Below, one piece after another: positions 42,656-55,604 of a stretch of DNA of 64,000 nucleotides. The notes beneath the pieces were generated by a model. The model was not told the DNA's origin. It saw only the letters and a program-made list of their open reading frames with translations, and did not search any database. The position numbers and the translations under genes are program-made. How positions within the stretch are numbered: the stretch's first letter is position 1; each line of letters starts with the position of its first letter. The stretch lies in assembly GCA_000091205.1 (NCBI GenBank), contig AP006489.2; one strand, 5' to 3'. The DNA is from Cyanidioschyzon merolae (Eukaryota).

Positions 42656-44254
42656 CTACAGACGCTCTGTTGGCATGAGACGGTTCGGGCACTGCGTCGT
42701 ATTCCGAACGAGCCAGGTGCTGTCGGAAGCGATATGCGACTGAGCGGAGTTATCGCCGGGCGTTGCACAGGTGCTCGAGTTCGAGTACTCGCACGCGACG
42801 CGGTTCCATTCGAAGTACGCATGGGTATGGTTGTAGACAACCAGTTTTCCGACACCGAATGAGCCCTCGCGGAAGGCCGACCAAGATGGTTGCGGGTCGA
42901 TGAACGGCAGCGATGGACCTTCGCGGTTGCCGGCATCACCGAGTACCAGCTGCACTGCGCCGCACGGGTTGGTCTGATTGTTGTACACCGGATAGGTGCG
43001 CTCGTAGACGTGGACGTGCCCCACAAGTATCAAATCCACACCATACTTATAGATGAGGTCCTCCATGGCCTCACGCATCAGCAGGCGCGAACCAGTCCCG
43101 AGTACGGAGCAGTACCAGGGTACGTGGAACTGCACCACCAGCCAAGGCGTGCGTGTTCGGTTGACACGCTCGAGCGCACGCATTAGCCAACGGTACTGAA
43201 CGCTCTGCTTATCGAAACGAGCAAAGGAGGCCAGCGTGATCACATGCACCAAACCAGCCTCAAAGGCGTGGTATTCGAAGGTCGGGGACTCGGACTCTTC
43301 GAAGGGCGTCGCGAAACGGAACATGTACGCGACATTGTTCTCGTTGCCGGAGTTGAATTCATGGTTCCCATTGCACCACAGGTGCATCTTCGTAGAGAAC
43401 AGCGGCTCCATGAGCCGCTGCCAGGTATCCCACAGTGGCCAGTATGCGTCTGCATACGAGAGATCGCCGTGCAGCATCACGAAATCGGGGTTCACCTTGT
43501 TCAACATGTACTCCATGTTCATGACGCTGATGTTGGTCTGCCCGACATCGGCCCAGAGTCCAATGGTCATAGGACGGTCCTGGATACCCGGCTCCGGCAA
43601 GGTTGTAAAGTTACCCGAGAATTCGCCATCGATGTCGTAGTAGTACGTCGTTTGCGGGAGGAGATTATCGAGCTTCGCTTGGAAAACCAGCGGCGACTGA
43701 TAGAGTGCTGTCGGGTTGTTGTAGACCGCGAAGACGGAGCGGTTCTCCGGAATGTCTGCCACAGTGGTGTTTCGGTAGACGTACCACCAAGGTTCTGCCC
43801 AGGAGGCGGTATTCATGAATGCCGCTACCTCGGAACGGTTCAACGCGGGCGCGCCCATCGGCGGATTCCACAAGTAGCTGTTGTACTCTTGCATGCCGGA
43901 ATAGACCCTGGCGTTCAGAACCATTTCGTGATCAAGATGCGATGCATTGGTACCGTAGCGAAGCGTGGCCTGCATCGGTAACTCGGTATTCGGTAAATCG
44001 TTAATATCGCGAAGAAAACCGATGACCACGCGATCGTAGCGCAGGACGCTGAGGTGGACCTGTTCGACTTTACCGTGCCGCGACTGCACCCGAATATCAT
44101 GGAACGGGAGCGCCTCGCTCGAAAACTTGGGCCGAATATAGGCGCTGGTGCGAGATAACGTCTGCAGTTTTACGGGCATCGAGAGCGCACCACTGCAAAG
44201 CAGCACGAGCGTGCTCACGAGAACACATACTGCGATGATGTGGCGCATCAGCAT
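42656..44254 (-). CDS. purple acid phosphatase (metallophosphoesterase) with N-terminal signal peptide
   Basis: GDLSYAD, GNHE and VLGHVHVYERT metal-ligand motifs. The ORF extends to 44389, but the Met at 44254 (MLMRHIIAVCVLVSTLVLLCS…) gives a typical signal peptide. Confidence 0.85.
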   Translation of the reverse strand: MLMRHIIAVCVLVSTLVLLCSGALSMPVKLQTLSRTSAYIRPKFSSEALPFHDIRVQSRHGKVEQVHLSVLRYDRVVIGFLRDINDLPNTELPMQATLRYGTNASHLDHEMVLNARVYSGMQEYNSYLWNPPMGAPALNRSEVAAFMNTASWAEPWWYVYRNTTVADIPENRSVFAVYNNPTALYQSPLVFQAKLDNLLPQTTYYYDIDGEFSGNFTTLPEPGIQDRPMTIGLWADVGQTNISVMNMEYMLNKVNPDFVMLHGDLSYADAYWPLWDTWQRLMEPLFSTKMHLWCNGNHEFNSGNENNVAYMFRFATPFEESESPTFEYHAFEAGLVHVITLASFARFDKQSVQYRWLMRALERVNRTRTPWLVVQFHVPWYCSVLGTGSRLLMREAMEDLIYKYGVDLILVGHVHVYERTYPVYNNQTNPCGAVQLVLGDAGNREGPSLPFIDPQPSWSAFREGSFGVGKLVVYNHTHAYFEWNRVACEYSNSSTCATPGDNSAQSHIASDSTWLVRNTTQCPNRLMPTERL

Positions 44255-44788
44255 GGCGTCGTTTACGTGGCTTTTGTTTCGCTGTGCACTGCCTTGGTCG
44301 TGCTGCACTTCGATAAACCCCAATGTATACCGAAGAAAAAGTGCAGGCAGAATTCGCAGCAGATGCCCACTGCCATGGATGTGCTGCATCCCGAGCGCTC
44401 CCGTTTGTGCATCAACCGTATCCCCCAGTGCACGCGATACGCATCTGGCGGACGGGATGCGTCGATGGACGCCCGCCGCAGCAGCGCGCTGGGCACGTAT
44501 GGCGACACGTGTCGTGTGCTGCGATGCAACGCCAACCCTGGATATTTTGGGATGGATATGTACTCATTGGCATACGAACTGATAACGGTTCGCGGGCGGG
44601 ATTGCATCGTGCAGCATGCCACAGGACATCGATGCATATTTATGAATATAAATGTATAAAATGGACATATGCAGGCCTGTCGTCTCTGGCGCACACAGGC
44701 CATCTACCTGCGTACGCGCTCCAAGCAGCAGCAGCGCCAGACTGGCGTACGCTCGTCTCGGCACAAGCCGGGCAGGAGACCAGCGCCG

Positions 44789-45163
44789 ATGCCCGCTCGT
44801 TTCTGCAGGAACTGCAGTAATCTTCTCTATCCTCAGGAGGACAAAGAGTACTTTCTCCGGGAACGACGTCGCCGTCTGCTGTACGTGTGTCGAACGTGTG
44901 CGTACCGAGAGGTGGTTCAGAACCTCGCGGAACCCGTGCATCGTCACGTTGTGCACCACTCGGCTAGCGAAAAGACTACCGTGCGTTTGGATGCACCATT
45001 AGATCCGACGCTGCCGCGGACACATCACGTGACTTGCGCCAAGTGCGGCCACCACGAAGCGGTTTACTTTCAGTCTCCGGTGGGGCGCAACGACGAAGCA
45101 CTCGTACTGGTGTTCATCTGCGTGCACTGCAAGAATACGTGGCTGTCTTCGGACGAGCAGTAG
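44789..45163 (+). CDS. RPB9: DNA-directed RNA polymerase II subunit Rpb9-like (N-terminal Zn ribbon plus C-terminal TFIIS-type Zn ribbon)
   Basis: MPARFCRNCSNLLYPQEDKE…CRTCAY… and C-terminal CAKCGHHEAVYFQSP…CVHCKNTW are collinear with Rpb9/TFIIS-type C4 ribbons, giving 124 aa. The upstream part of ORF 44669.. is non-coding read-through. Confidence 0.8.
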   Translation: MPARFCRNCSNLLYPQEDKEYFLRERRRRLLYVCRTCAYREVVQNLAEPVHRHVVHHSASEKTTVRLDAPLDPTLPRTHHVTCAKCGHHEAVYFQSPVGRNDEALVLVFICVHCKNTWLSSDEQ

Positions 45164-46126
45164 AGATGGTATCGGGACACGAAGTACCCAGTGGGGACGC
45201 ATGAGGCACAGCTTCATCACGCTTTTGTGTTCGTCGACAGCGCTGCTTGGGCGACGAAGCACCACGGTGCTCAGCGCGCGTGCTGAGGACGTTCTGGAGT
45301 CGATGACGAAAATCTCTCGCATACAACGGAGCTGGCGTTATCAGGCGCCATGCTAGGGCCAGCCCAGCTGCTGATACCTGTCTTGCTCTACGGCAGTGGA
45401 CACAGCAGGAAATGCGGCGAAAGTGGCAACGCCGGCTCTGGCCAGGTCCCAGAGACGAGTGCGCCCTGGAGCCACCGAATGAAAAGTGACTAAAAAAGCA
45501 TAGCGTTACGTTTCAGTACGGTGCCTGCAGTGACGAACGTCGACTCGTAACCGCGACATCGAGCGTACGATACTCGTGGACAACGATGCATGCGCCCAGG
45601 CTAGGGACGCGTGCCATGGTGACGCCTCCGCTGGCCTGCAGCGACGTAACCACAAGACCGCATCTTACGCCGTACATCTCCCGAGATGCTTGCACAGCAT
45701 GACGCCACAGCGGGAGTGTGCTCTAGTCAAACGAAGTAGATGCCAGAGACCGGCACATCCGCTGGAAGGCGCGGGGAGACCTCCACCGCCACAATTACAT
45801 TCCAGATCCGTCTCTTCTCCGTAGCAACAGCAACATCTAGTGAAACGTTTGCGCTGCGTATTCAACGCGGTGAGGAGCTCTCGTCGTGGGTCCATTCCGA
45901 ATCGGTGCTGACTCTGCTGCAACATCTGCAGCACCTGCAACAGGTAAACGGGTTGTGCTGTGTATGGTACTCGCATGCTCTACGCCTCTGTTCCAAGTCA
46001 AGGACGGAGCGGAGTTCTACGCGGGCAAGCTGCTATCGCTGCACGAGCGACAGAAACGCCTCCCGCAAGCTGGACGCCGCCCTCACTGGAAGCGCATGTA
46101 TGACGAGACTGTAGTAGGTCCGGTGT

Positions 46127-47269
46127 TTACACGTCAATAATTCGGGATAGCTTTTGAAGTCGATTCAGCAAGGCGTCGCCGTGCTTGAGAACCTCTTGAT
46201 ATAGCCCACTACGAGAATCCGGACGACTCGCTACGATGATGCCGGTAATTCGGTCGATTTTCACGCTCAGCCGATCTGCATTGATGAAACGTGCAAGCTC
46301 CGCATCCAGGAATGCTTCTCGCACCCCGAAAGCGGCAGCCATATTGGTGAGCGAAACGCTTTTGTATGCTCGCAAGTACTGGGCGTACGCGGCCAGCCGG
46401 ATCTCGCGTCCAAGGAACGCCTCATAGCGATGAAGCAATCGCTCCTTTCGAACCTGCTCCAGAATGGATGGTAATGTCTGCATGATTCGCAGATAGTCAC
46501 ATGAAACAAAGGCATTCAAACAGTCGCGTACAGCGGGATAATTGTCGATAACCTGCAAAACTTCCGGAGACGACGCGACGCGTTCTTGTAGAACGGGACG
46601 CTCCCTTGTTGCCAGACAACAGACTACAGCGTAGAAGACGAACTGAGGAAAACTGAGCAGTTCTGTTGCCGTGAAAGTAGCGAGTCCGTCGAGAAATGCC
46701 TCGGATGCCTCCAGCCACTCACCTTCGCAGTACATGCGGTGTAGCGCATCGTACACGCGCAAACGGTTCCGGCGCTCCCAGTCGCTGCCCTTGGCCAGCA
46801 GGTCCCGTGCTCGAGCTAGCTCGCGACGCATGAGTCTCCGATCTTCCATAGCTAAACCCAGGCGAAACAGGGCGAAGCAGATGTCGAGTTTCGGCCCAAC
46901 TGCCACCGTCTCTTGAAACGCCGCTTCATAAGAGCGGGTCGCGTTTTCTATGTCGCCGATGCGAGCCCAGAACGCGGAGCGCGCTTCCAGCGCCTCGCGA
47001 ACCTCGGTTTCACCTTCATGCTCGCGCGCGTCTTGGACGCGCACCTGCAGTTGCTTGATCGTCGACGCTATGCGCTCCCGCAGTGCGTCTTCGGAGACAC
47101 GTGCACTTGGAAGCAGCGGCCGTACCCGCTTCTCGTAAAACGGTAGCGCCAGCTGCGTGTCAATCGCTTGCTCGAGTTCCGAAACGTGCTTCCATCCATT
47201 GATGACCGCGAATGCGAGATCGGCGAGATCCAGAATAGGGTCGCGTTGTGTCTCTCCTTCGGTTACCAT
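46127..47269 (-). CDS. RPN7: 26S proteasome regulatory subunit Rpn7 (PSMD6), PCI domain
   Basis: GSDWERRNRLRVY…RFINADRLSVKIDRITGIIVASRPDSRSGLYQEVLKHGDALLNRLQKLSRIIDV matches the Rpn7/PSMD6 C-terminus nearly residue-for-residue. The ORF upstream of the Met at 47269 runs through a (TG)n tract and is not conserved. Confidence 0.85.
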   Translation of the reverse strand: MVTEGETQRDPILDLADLAFAVINGWKHVSELEQAIDTQLALPFYEKRVRPLLPSARVSEDALRERIASTIKQLQVRVQDAREHEGETEVREALEARSAFWARIGDIENATRSYEAAFQETVAVGPKLDICFALFRLGLAMEDRRLMRRELARARDLLAKGSDWERRNRLRVYDALHRMYCEGEWLEASEAFLDGLATFTATELLSFPQFVFYAVVCCLATRERPVLQERVASSPEVLQVIDNYPAVRDCLNAFVSCDYLRIMQTLPSILEQVRKERLLHRYEAFLGREIRLAAYAQYLRAYKSVSLTNMAAAFGVREAFLDAELARFINADRLSVKIDRITGIIVASRPDSRSGLYQEVLKHGDALLNRLQKLSRIIDV

Positions 47270-47287
47270 AAGTGCAGCCCACACAGT

Positions 47288-47304
47288 GCGTGTGTGTGTG
47301 TGTG
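47288..47304. repeat. (TG)n microsatellite just upstream of the Rpn7 start
   Basis: gtgtgtgtgtgtgtgtg run seen directly. Confidence 0.85.
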
Positions 47305-48006
47305 CGAGTGTCTGGAGCAAGAGGTTCAGCCGGAGCCGCACGCCTAGCTCCACACCTGAGAATCCGCTGCGCGTCGACGCGTGCCTGCGCGTTGGGCGGC
47401 GATCAGCGCGCGAAGCGCCTACGACTCGACGATACGGCGCTATGACAGGGCGTGATGCCCCAGAGGAGCGTCTCTTACGCCACGCTCCCACAGTTTCGTG
47501 TACAGCACGATTGCACACGACCCTGATGCACCCCAATGACCAGAATGAAGGCAAGTGCGCACTGCAATGCTCTCTCAGAGCCGCTGATGCAGCTCGTGCG
47601 CCGAGGCATGCGCTACGCCCGAGGCTGACGTGTCCATCTGCACGGAGGTGTTTCGGGCACAGGATCCCTGAATCGAGCGAAGCGTCATCCCCGATGATGC
47701 AATGGCCATCAGCATCCGGGGTAGCGTCTATCACTTCGCACCAGAGCTGCAGGTTCGACCACTGGCCACCGTCGATGCCTGCTTTCTGGGATCGTTGTTC
47801 ATTCATGTGATCCTAGGAGTACCGAGCCAGGCGTGAGCGCGCGCTCCGCAGCACGTGGAGCGACGGTATGACTGGCGGTGCGCCCCGGGGAGGCGGATCG
47901 ACGCTGCGCTGGTGATGCGGGCGGCGGCGGCGGCGACGGCGGCACGATCGATCCAAATCAGATGGAGGTCCTTCTAAGACTGATCTTATTGGTATATACA
48001 TGGTGA

Positions 48007-50073
<2,067 letters not shown>

Positions 50074-50340
50074 ACAAGCTTGAAACGGATGCGCTCCCAT
50101 TTATCGAGAGCGCACGAGACTGGACGGATGTGTGGTACGCCCGCCTGCCTGCGATTGCGGGTATGAAAAGAGAGATGCCTTTCGGGCAAACCATTGGACT
50201 GGCCTCGGATCAGCATCAGCGTCGAGACGGTACTGACTTGTGAGTTTGAAAGAAGGGCTGACGCTGCAGGAACGCGAAGGTAAAGCTGAATCTGCGAGGT
50301 TGCAGCGGGTTCATGCATGTTCATCTACACCAGTGACAGA

Positions 50341-51703
50341 TTCAAATGGGACGCTAAACGGCTCACTCTGTTCCTGTCTGTCGATTTCTTCGGAATTCAT
50401 TCCTGATTCGTACAGCAGTCTCGACGTGAGAAGCGCGACAATAACGGCTGGCGGATTCATGCCGAATCCAGGAATGCTCCATCGACTTGTCAAGCTGGCG
50501 CGGTGGGTGCTCTCTCTCTCTCTCTCTCCGATCGAATACGTTCTATCGTCAGAGCAGAGATCACTCGCAACGCCCTCGAACACACACTCATACAATAACC
50601 GGTATTCGGATGCAATGCATAGGCGCCCAGGCAGCCACGCTTCTCCTGTACGCACACATAGCATACCCAGAGCAGGCGTGCTTCAAGTCTCCCGTCGTTC
50701 CGGTTCGAGGCAACTCGTGTACACGCGAACGACCAACGCTGGCACGACAAGACGAAACGCTTGACGTCACCGCTTGACGACCTGTTCACAAGCTCGTGCC
50801 CGACGGTCGCTGAACTCGTCACGGCACACGACTGAGTCGCTTCGGAACGCAAGTGCTGCTCGCTGGGTGGCCACGGACGTCACGGCACTCGACAGCGGCA
50901 CGCTGTCTGTGAGGGGATATGCGGCCAGAGGCTTCCGTCTCTGGTGTTGCCGTGCAAAAGCGTCTCGGACTCGGACTGGAGTCATCGCGGTGATCGCTTC
51001 GAGTGGAGAACGCGTCACCGTTTTGCGCCAAAAGCGAACGTAGACGCTTCAGGAGTTCTGGACGTGTTCGCCAGCGCGAGTATTGCCTGCAGCACCTGGT
51101 TCATCGTGGAAACCTGCGTCTCCGTTCCAGAAATCCTCTACGGAACGGAGACGCATGTACCTGCTCGTGTGCAACGGACACGGCACTCGACGAAGCGATC
51201 ACCCGGAAGAAGCGCGTGACAGTAGCGTGCCTCACTAGTCGGAGAAGCGGCGGATGCATCGACGGTAACCTTCGTCGCCCGTCCAGGGCGTGGACCTGGC
51301 GCTGAAGCGAGCGTTCACGAGACACAGGGTAGCGCTCTTAGGAGGGCGTGTGATGCTGGCGGTGCAGCGGTGCAGTGGTGCAGCGGTGCAGCGGTGCATA
51401 TCTGGGTACACCCGGTCATAGCTTAGAGTGATCGCTGCGACCAGCGTACCGCGGCCGTATACGAGGAAGACGAGCGTAGCCATCCGAGTGCAGGTCGCAA
51501 GACAGGTGATCACTTTTCCAGTTGCTGACGGCTGCTCTGAAGACGACAGATAGACCTGTGTACTTCGAGCCGGAAACACACAGTTAGAGAATGAAGCAGT
51601 CCAAGGAAAAGACCCCAGAGGCTTCCGTAGATGATGCAACTGTAAACAGGTCGAAACATTTGTGCATCCACACGTGTTGGAGCACCCGTTTCCTTCCAGT
51701 CTG
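50341..51703 (+). repeat. dispersed repeat, young copy 1 (1363 bp), unclassified probable non-autonomous mobile element
   Basis: Near-identical to 55605..56967 and 60160..61523, with shared termini ttcaaa[t/c]gggacgctaaacgg … cccttccagtctg. It contains internal (CT)n and (GGTGCAGC)n runs and no long ORF. Confidence 0.85.
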
Positions 51704-52262
51704 AAACAAGCATAGGAACACGATACAGTCTGTTCCATACCCGGGGTGCTTTCGTCCAGGTTGTGCGTTTACTCGGGAAATGTCGCATCTTGGACTCCGG
51801 GGACTGCACAGTGTTCAGCTGAGGCTCCTGCAAGTAACCTCAAACGATCAGCAACCTCATGCGAAGGCGTTCGAAAGGTCGTATCGACATCGAACGCCGC
51901 CTCCAAAGCGTTCCACAACAAGTACCCTCACGGCTATCGAGAATCCCAGTATCGAAATCGAGCGAAAGATACTTAGCTCTGGAGCTACGTCCGTCTCACA
52001 GGTCCCAGAATCGCCGCATGAAGCAAGCATATTCATCAACATGGGTAACGGTTCCCGGTGGGGTTACGAGCCGGCTCCTTTGCTTGGGGCGGCGAACTTC
52101 AAGCTCGGAAAACGCAGTCGTATGACAAGCACGCACGCAAGCACCATTTTCATTCCAAATGCACCGCTACCGCTCCAGTGCCGCCCTGATAACGAGCGCG
52201 TACACATCAGGCTCAACAACTGTGACGACGACAGCGGCAGTAGAAACGCCAGACGCGAACCT

Positions 52263-54296
52263 CTAAGGCGCTGATGGCAACGCAGGCACCATTCCAGAAC
52301 GCTCAATCAGCGCCAGTGCCTGCACCACTGTGGCATCATCGTAGGCATCACCAATGAACTGGATGCCTACTGGAAGGTAAACCGGCGGCTCGCTTCCCTG
52401 TGCGTCGGCAGAGGGCACAAGACCTACCGGTGCTGTTCCCGCCGGCAAACCAGCAATGTTTGCCACAAAAGTATAGGTGACGGCTTGCCAGGTCGCCCGC
52501 AGATCCTTGCAAGGTTTCCGATCGGGCCGGAACGCAACCGGAAGCGTATCGGTTGTGGGCAAGGCCAGCACATCCACAATGTTGCGACGAAACAGGGTTG
52601 CCAGTTGCACTCGAAGGGCCGCTCTCGCTCGCCGAGCAACGGCCATATCGGCTCCGGTGATGCCTTTCACCGTGTGCAGAACGAGACGACTCCCGTACTC
52701 AAGAAGCTCGCTGCGTGGTTTGAAGCTCCAGTCTGTGGATAAAAGACATTCGAGGGCATCCAGGGGCAAATAAATTGCTCCAAGAGCTGAGGCAAACGGT
52801 TGCAAAGATATGTGCTCCTGGGGTATCGTCACGAGTTCCGCCCAACCGCGATCCGCGAGCCGATGCAAGGCGTCCAGACCAGTGCGTCGAATCGCCGCCG
52901 AGGAGCATCGCTGCCACTCAGACAATGGTATACCAATGCGGAGCTTTCTCGTGGACCCAACCGCTATTTGTCCGGCATCGTTCAGCGATGCGCTCCATTG
53001 CTCCAAGCGGTCCAGTAGCATCGCCACAGCATGTTTCGCTGAACCTCTCGGAGCGTAACCATCTCCGCTCTCGTCAGCATGCACGAGCAAATGATCCATG
53101 CTCTTCGTGTTGGGTGACGTATCCTGCACCGCGGCGACCAGGAAGGCAACAAGATCAAGCACCGAGACTCCGAGGACGCCACCGTGGCCTACGCTTGAGC
53201 AGGCGATACCGGGGTCACCACGACGCGGAAGCAGAAATGCATGGGTCGGCTTCAATCCGAAAAGGCCATTCCAAGCAGCCGGAATCCGCACGCTACCGCC
53301 ACCATCGGTACCATAGGCAACAGGCACATGCAGCAGCGCGACGCGTGCGACAGCAGCCGCGCTACCCGTTGATGAGCCACCAGCGGCATGCCGCTCGCTA
53401 AAAGCACACGGCGGCATCGCATAGACCTCACTGAAACCGAGCGGGTCGAGTCCAAACTCTGTCATCTTCGTTTTTCCGAGCACAACGGCACCAGCTGCTT
53501 CGAGGCGTTCGATCAAGAGTGCATCCGCGTCGGCGACGCGAGGAGCGTCTCGGTATGGAGGGATCGTATGAATGCGCGTTCCACTGGAGGTCACACGTCC
53601 AGCCACATTGACCGAGTCTTTCACAACGACAAGCACTCCATCCAGGACTGAGAGCGGCTGAGGCTGCGGCTCTCTCGCATAGCGCTGTGCAGAGGCGTTC
53701 GCAGCTCGCCGAGCGCGCTCTTCGAATACCTGTGAAAATGGCGATGGACCCCATGCCGTCATCCCTCCCTGTTCCATCTTCCGGATAGCGCTTAGCGTAG
53801 ATTCCAGGATTTGCAGCGGTGTGCAGACTCGCTGTCGATATAGTTGATGATAGGTTAGGCAGGAGCCGGTGCGGATGCCGCGCTCTTCGAATGCAGTCGG
53901 TGGAGCTGCTTCCTGAACGGAAGCGACTCGCGTTTTCCCAACACTTGCGGAGTATGCTTCGCACAGAGCCCAAACTCGCGCATAGGAGAGCGCTTCTCGT
54001 GGCTGTCGAGTCGCTGAACTGCCATCGATGTGCCGACCCGGCAACGGACGCTCGTCTAGCGCACTCGTAGCGAGTGCCGCGGCGTCGACTGCTGTCGCTG
54101 AACCCTCCGCAGCACCCAGCTCAACGATCGAACGCAGCGTCGTGCATAGCCGGTCGAAGCTGAACAGTCGTTTCGTAAAGGTTGCGGCAAGCCACGAACC
54201 CAGGTTGCCTAGAAGTTCCAGGACCAAAACCAGCACACGGAGCGTTGTGCCGTGGAGTGACGTGAACCGCTTAGGCTTTCTTGGTTGCAAGCTCAT
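52263..54296 (-). CDS. amidase-signature family enzyme (FAAH-like) with N-terminal hydrophobic anchor
   Basis: Amidase signature GGSSTGSAAAVARVALLHVPVAYGTDGGGSVRIPAAWNG with the catalytic Ser-cisSer-Lys context. The N-terminal helix is TLRVLVLVLELLGNLGSWLAA. Total 677 aa. Confidence 0.85.
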   Translation of the reverse strand: MSLQPRKPKRFTSLHGTTLRVLVLVLELLGNLGSWLAATFTKRLFSFDRLCTTLRSIVELGAAEGSATAVDAAALATSALDERPLPGRHIDGSSATRQPREALSYARVWALCEAYSASVGKTRVASVQEAAPPTAFEERGIRTGSCLTYHQLYRQRVCTPLQILESTLSAIRKMEQGGMTAWGPSPFSQVFEERARRAANASAQRYAREPQPQPLSVLDGVLVVVKDSVNVAGRVTSSGTRIHTIPPYRDAPRVADADALLIERLEAAGAVVLGKTKMTEFGLDPLGFSEVYAMPPCAFSERHAAGGSSTGSAAAVARVALLHVPVAYGTDGGGSVRIPAAWNGLFGLKPTHAFLLPRRGDPGIACSSVGHGGVLGVSVLDLVAFLVAAVQDTSPNTKSMDHLLVHADESGDGYAPRGSAKHAVAMLLDRLEQWSASLNDAGQIAVGSTRKLRIGIPLSEWQRCSSAAIRRTGLDALHRLADRGWAELVTIPQEHISLQPFASALGAIYLPLDALECLLSTDWSFKPRSELLEYGSRLVLHTVKGITGADMAVARRARAALRVQLATLFRRNIVDVLALPTTDTLPVAFRPDRKPCKDLRATWQAVTYTFVANIAGLPAGTAPVGLVPSADAQGSEPPVYLPVGIQFIGDAYDDATVVQALALIERSGMVPALPSAP

Positions 54297-55604
54297 GAAC
54301 GCACTGAATCACCACAGCTTTCAGTGGATTCACGTTCAACACGCTGGACAGTGCAGGAACGCTCTGCCCCAATGACATCGCTTCGAATCAATGTGGGGAC
54401 GGGTTCGCGGATACTTGCATTCTCGGTCGATGACAGAAGCGGTATGCAACCTGTGGCACTTCTCTACCTATGCTCTGATGGTTCATGTTCGGCATAGATA
54501 GGTATGGTTGGTGAGGTTATCCCAGGGATTCGAGCTTGCCGCAAATCGGCTGGTGATATCTCGTATTCTGCGAGGCCGATTTTTTGCGGCTCTTGCTGTT
54601 GACACCACCACCACCGTCCGAGTAGCTGCTGTTGCGAACATCTCGGTCTGTGGAAGCACCTGGCTGGGGTAAACGTGAAAAGGCCACGGAATCGTCTAAA
54701 AGGATTTTGTAGACGGAACTTGAACACATATCTGAAACGTGTTTGCCAAGCGAACCTGTGCCCTTGACGTGATGCTGAACCAAGTGCGTACATCGCACGG
54801 TACCTGGCCGGTTTTCAGCATCGATCGATTCTTGTACCCCGAAAAAGGGAGTACGCGTCCGTGCACAAGGCATCAACGTTTAGAGAGCATCTGCATAGAC
54901 CGCAGCTTAACCCCTTCAACCGAGTCGTTCGCCTCGTTCGGATTCCAGGTACGACTCCTGCCGTGTTGACTGTCGAAAACATTCCATGATCGCTTGCTTA
55001 TCAGTACCGCATGTGGCATTACCAATGCAGGTACCTGTTCCGTGAGCCTAATCGTCTACAATCGCACGAGGCACAAGTTTGGTGCCTTGTTTTATATCCG
55101 ATTATCCGGAATGTTGAGCGGTATTGCATGCTCTAGCGCTGGCGAGCATGGACAACGACGATAGACAGAATACCTCGCTGGAATCGGTTATGGAGTGTAC
55201 GCTTTCCTCGCGACGCATAGCGCTCAGATGTCGTGGTGAGGCATACGCTGCGGAGTGTGGTCCCATGCAGACTGCCGGTTAGGATCGGCGTAAACGACGC
55301 ATTTTCGATCCAGTCTCGAAGAAAGGAAGACATTCAGATGATCCGTCGTGGAAACGGGTGCATTTCTGTTTCTTATCAGTCTTTCGAAGCTTTTCGATTG
55401 TACCGTTAGAGATCGCAACGATAGAGGCTACCTCTCACCGGATTGTGAACGGATGTGCGGCATCGACACCACAGGCACAGCTGTTATGCTCGTCTATACA
55501 ATCGCTACGTATCCCAGTTCCAGTCGCAGAACTGCTCCGTTCCCAGCAGAGAGCGATCCATGCTCCGCTCTGATGGTGTTCCAGTGCTCTGAAGCACTGT
55601 AAGA

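Noticed and set aside
43244-43981. Long antisense ORFs inside confirmed genes (43244..43981, 25564..26343, 47157..47810, 48664..49290, 52775..53401, 13883..14395, 9912..10472)
   Set aside because: Each lies opposite a strongly conserved CDS and has no recognisable similarity. High GC lowers stop-codon frequency, so they are treated as artefacts.
50341-51703. Classifying the 1.36-kb repeat as a solo LTR, a TIR element or a Helitron
   Set aside because: The termini are not TG…CA, the ends are not inverted complements, no CTRR 3' end or hairpin is evident, and no target-site duplication is visible in the three flanks. The element is left unclassified.
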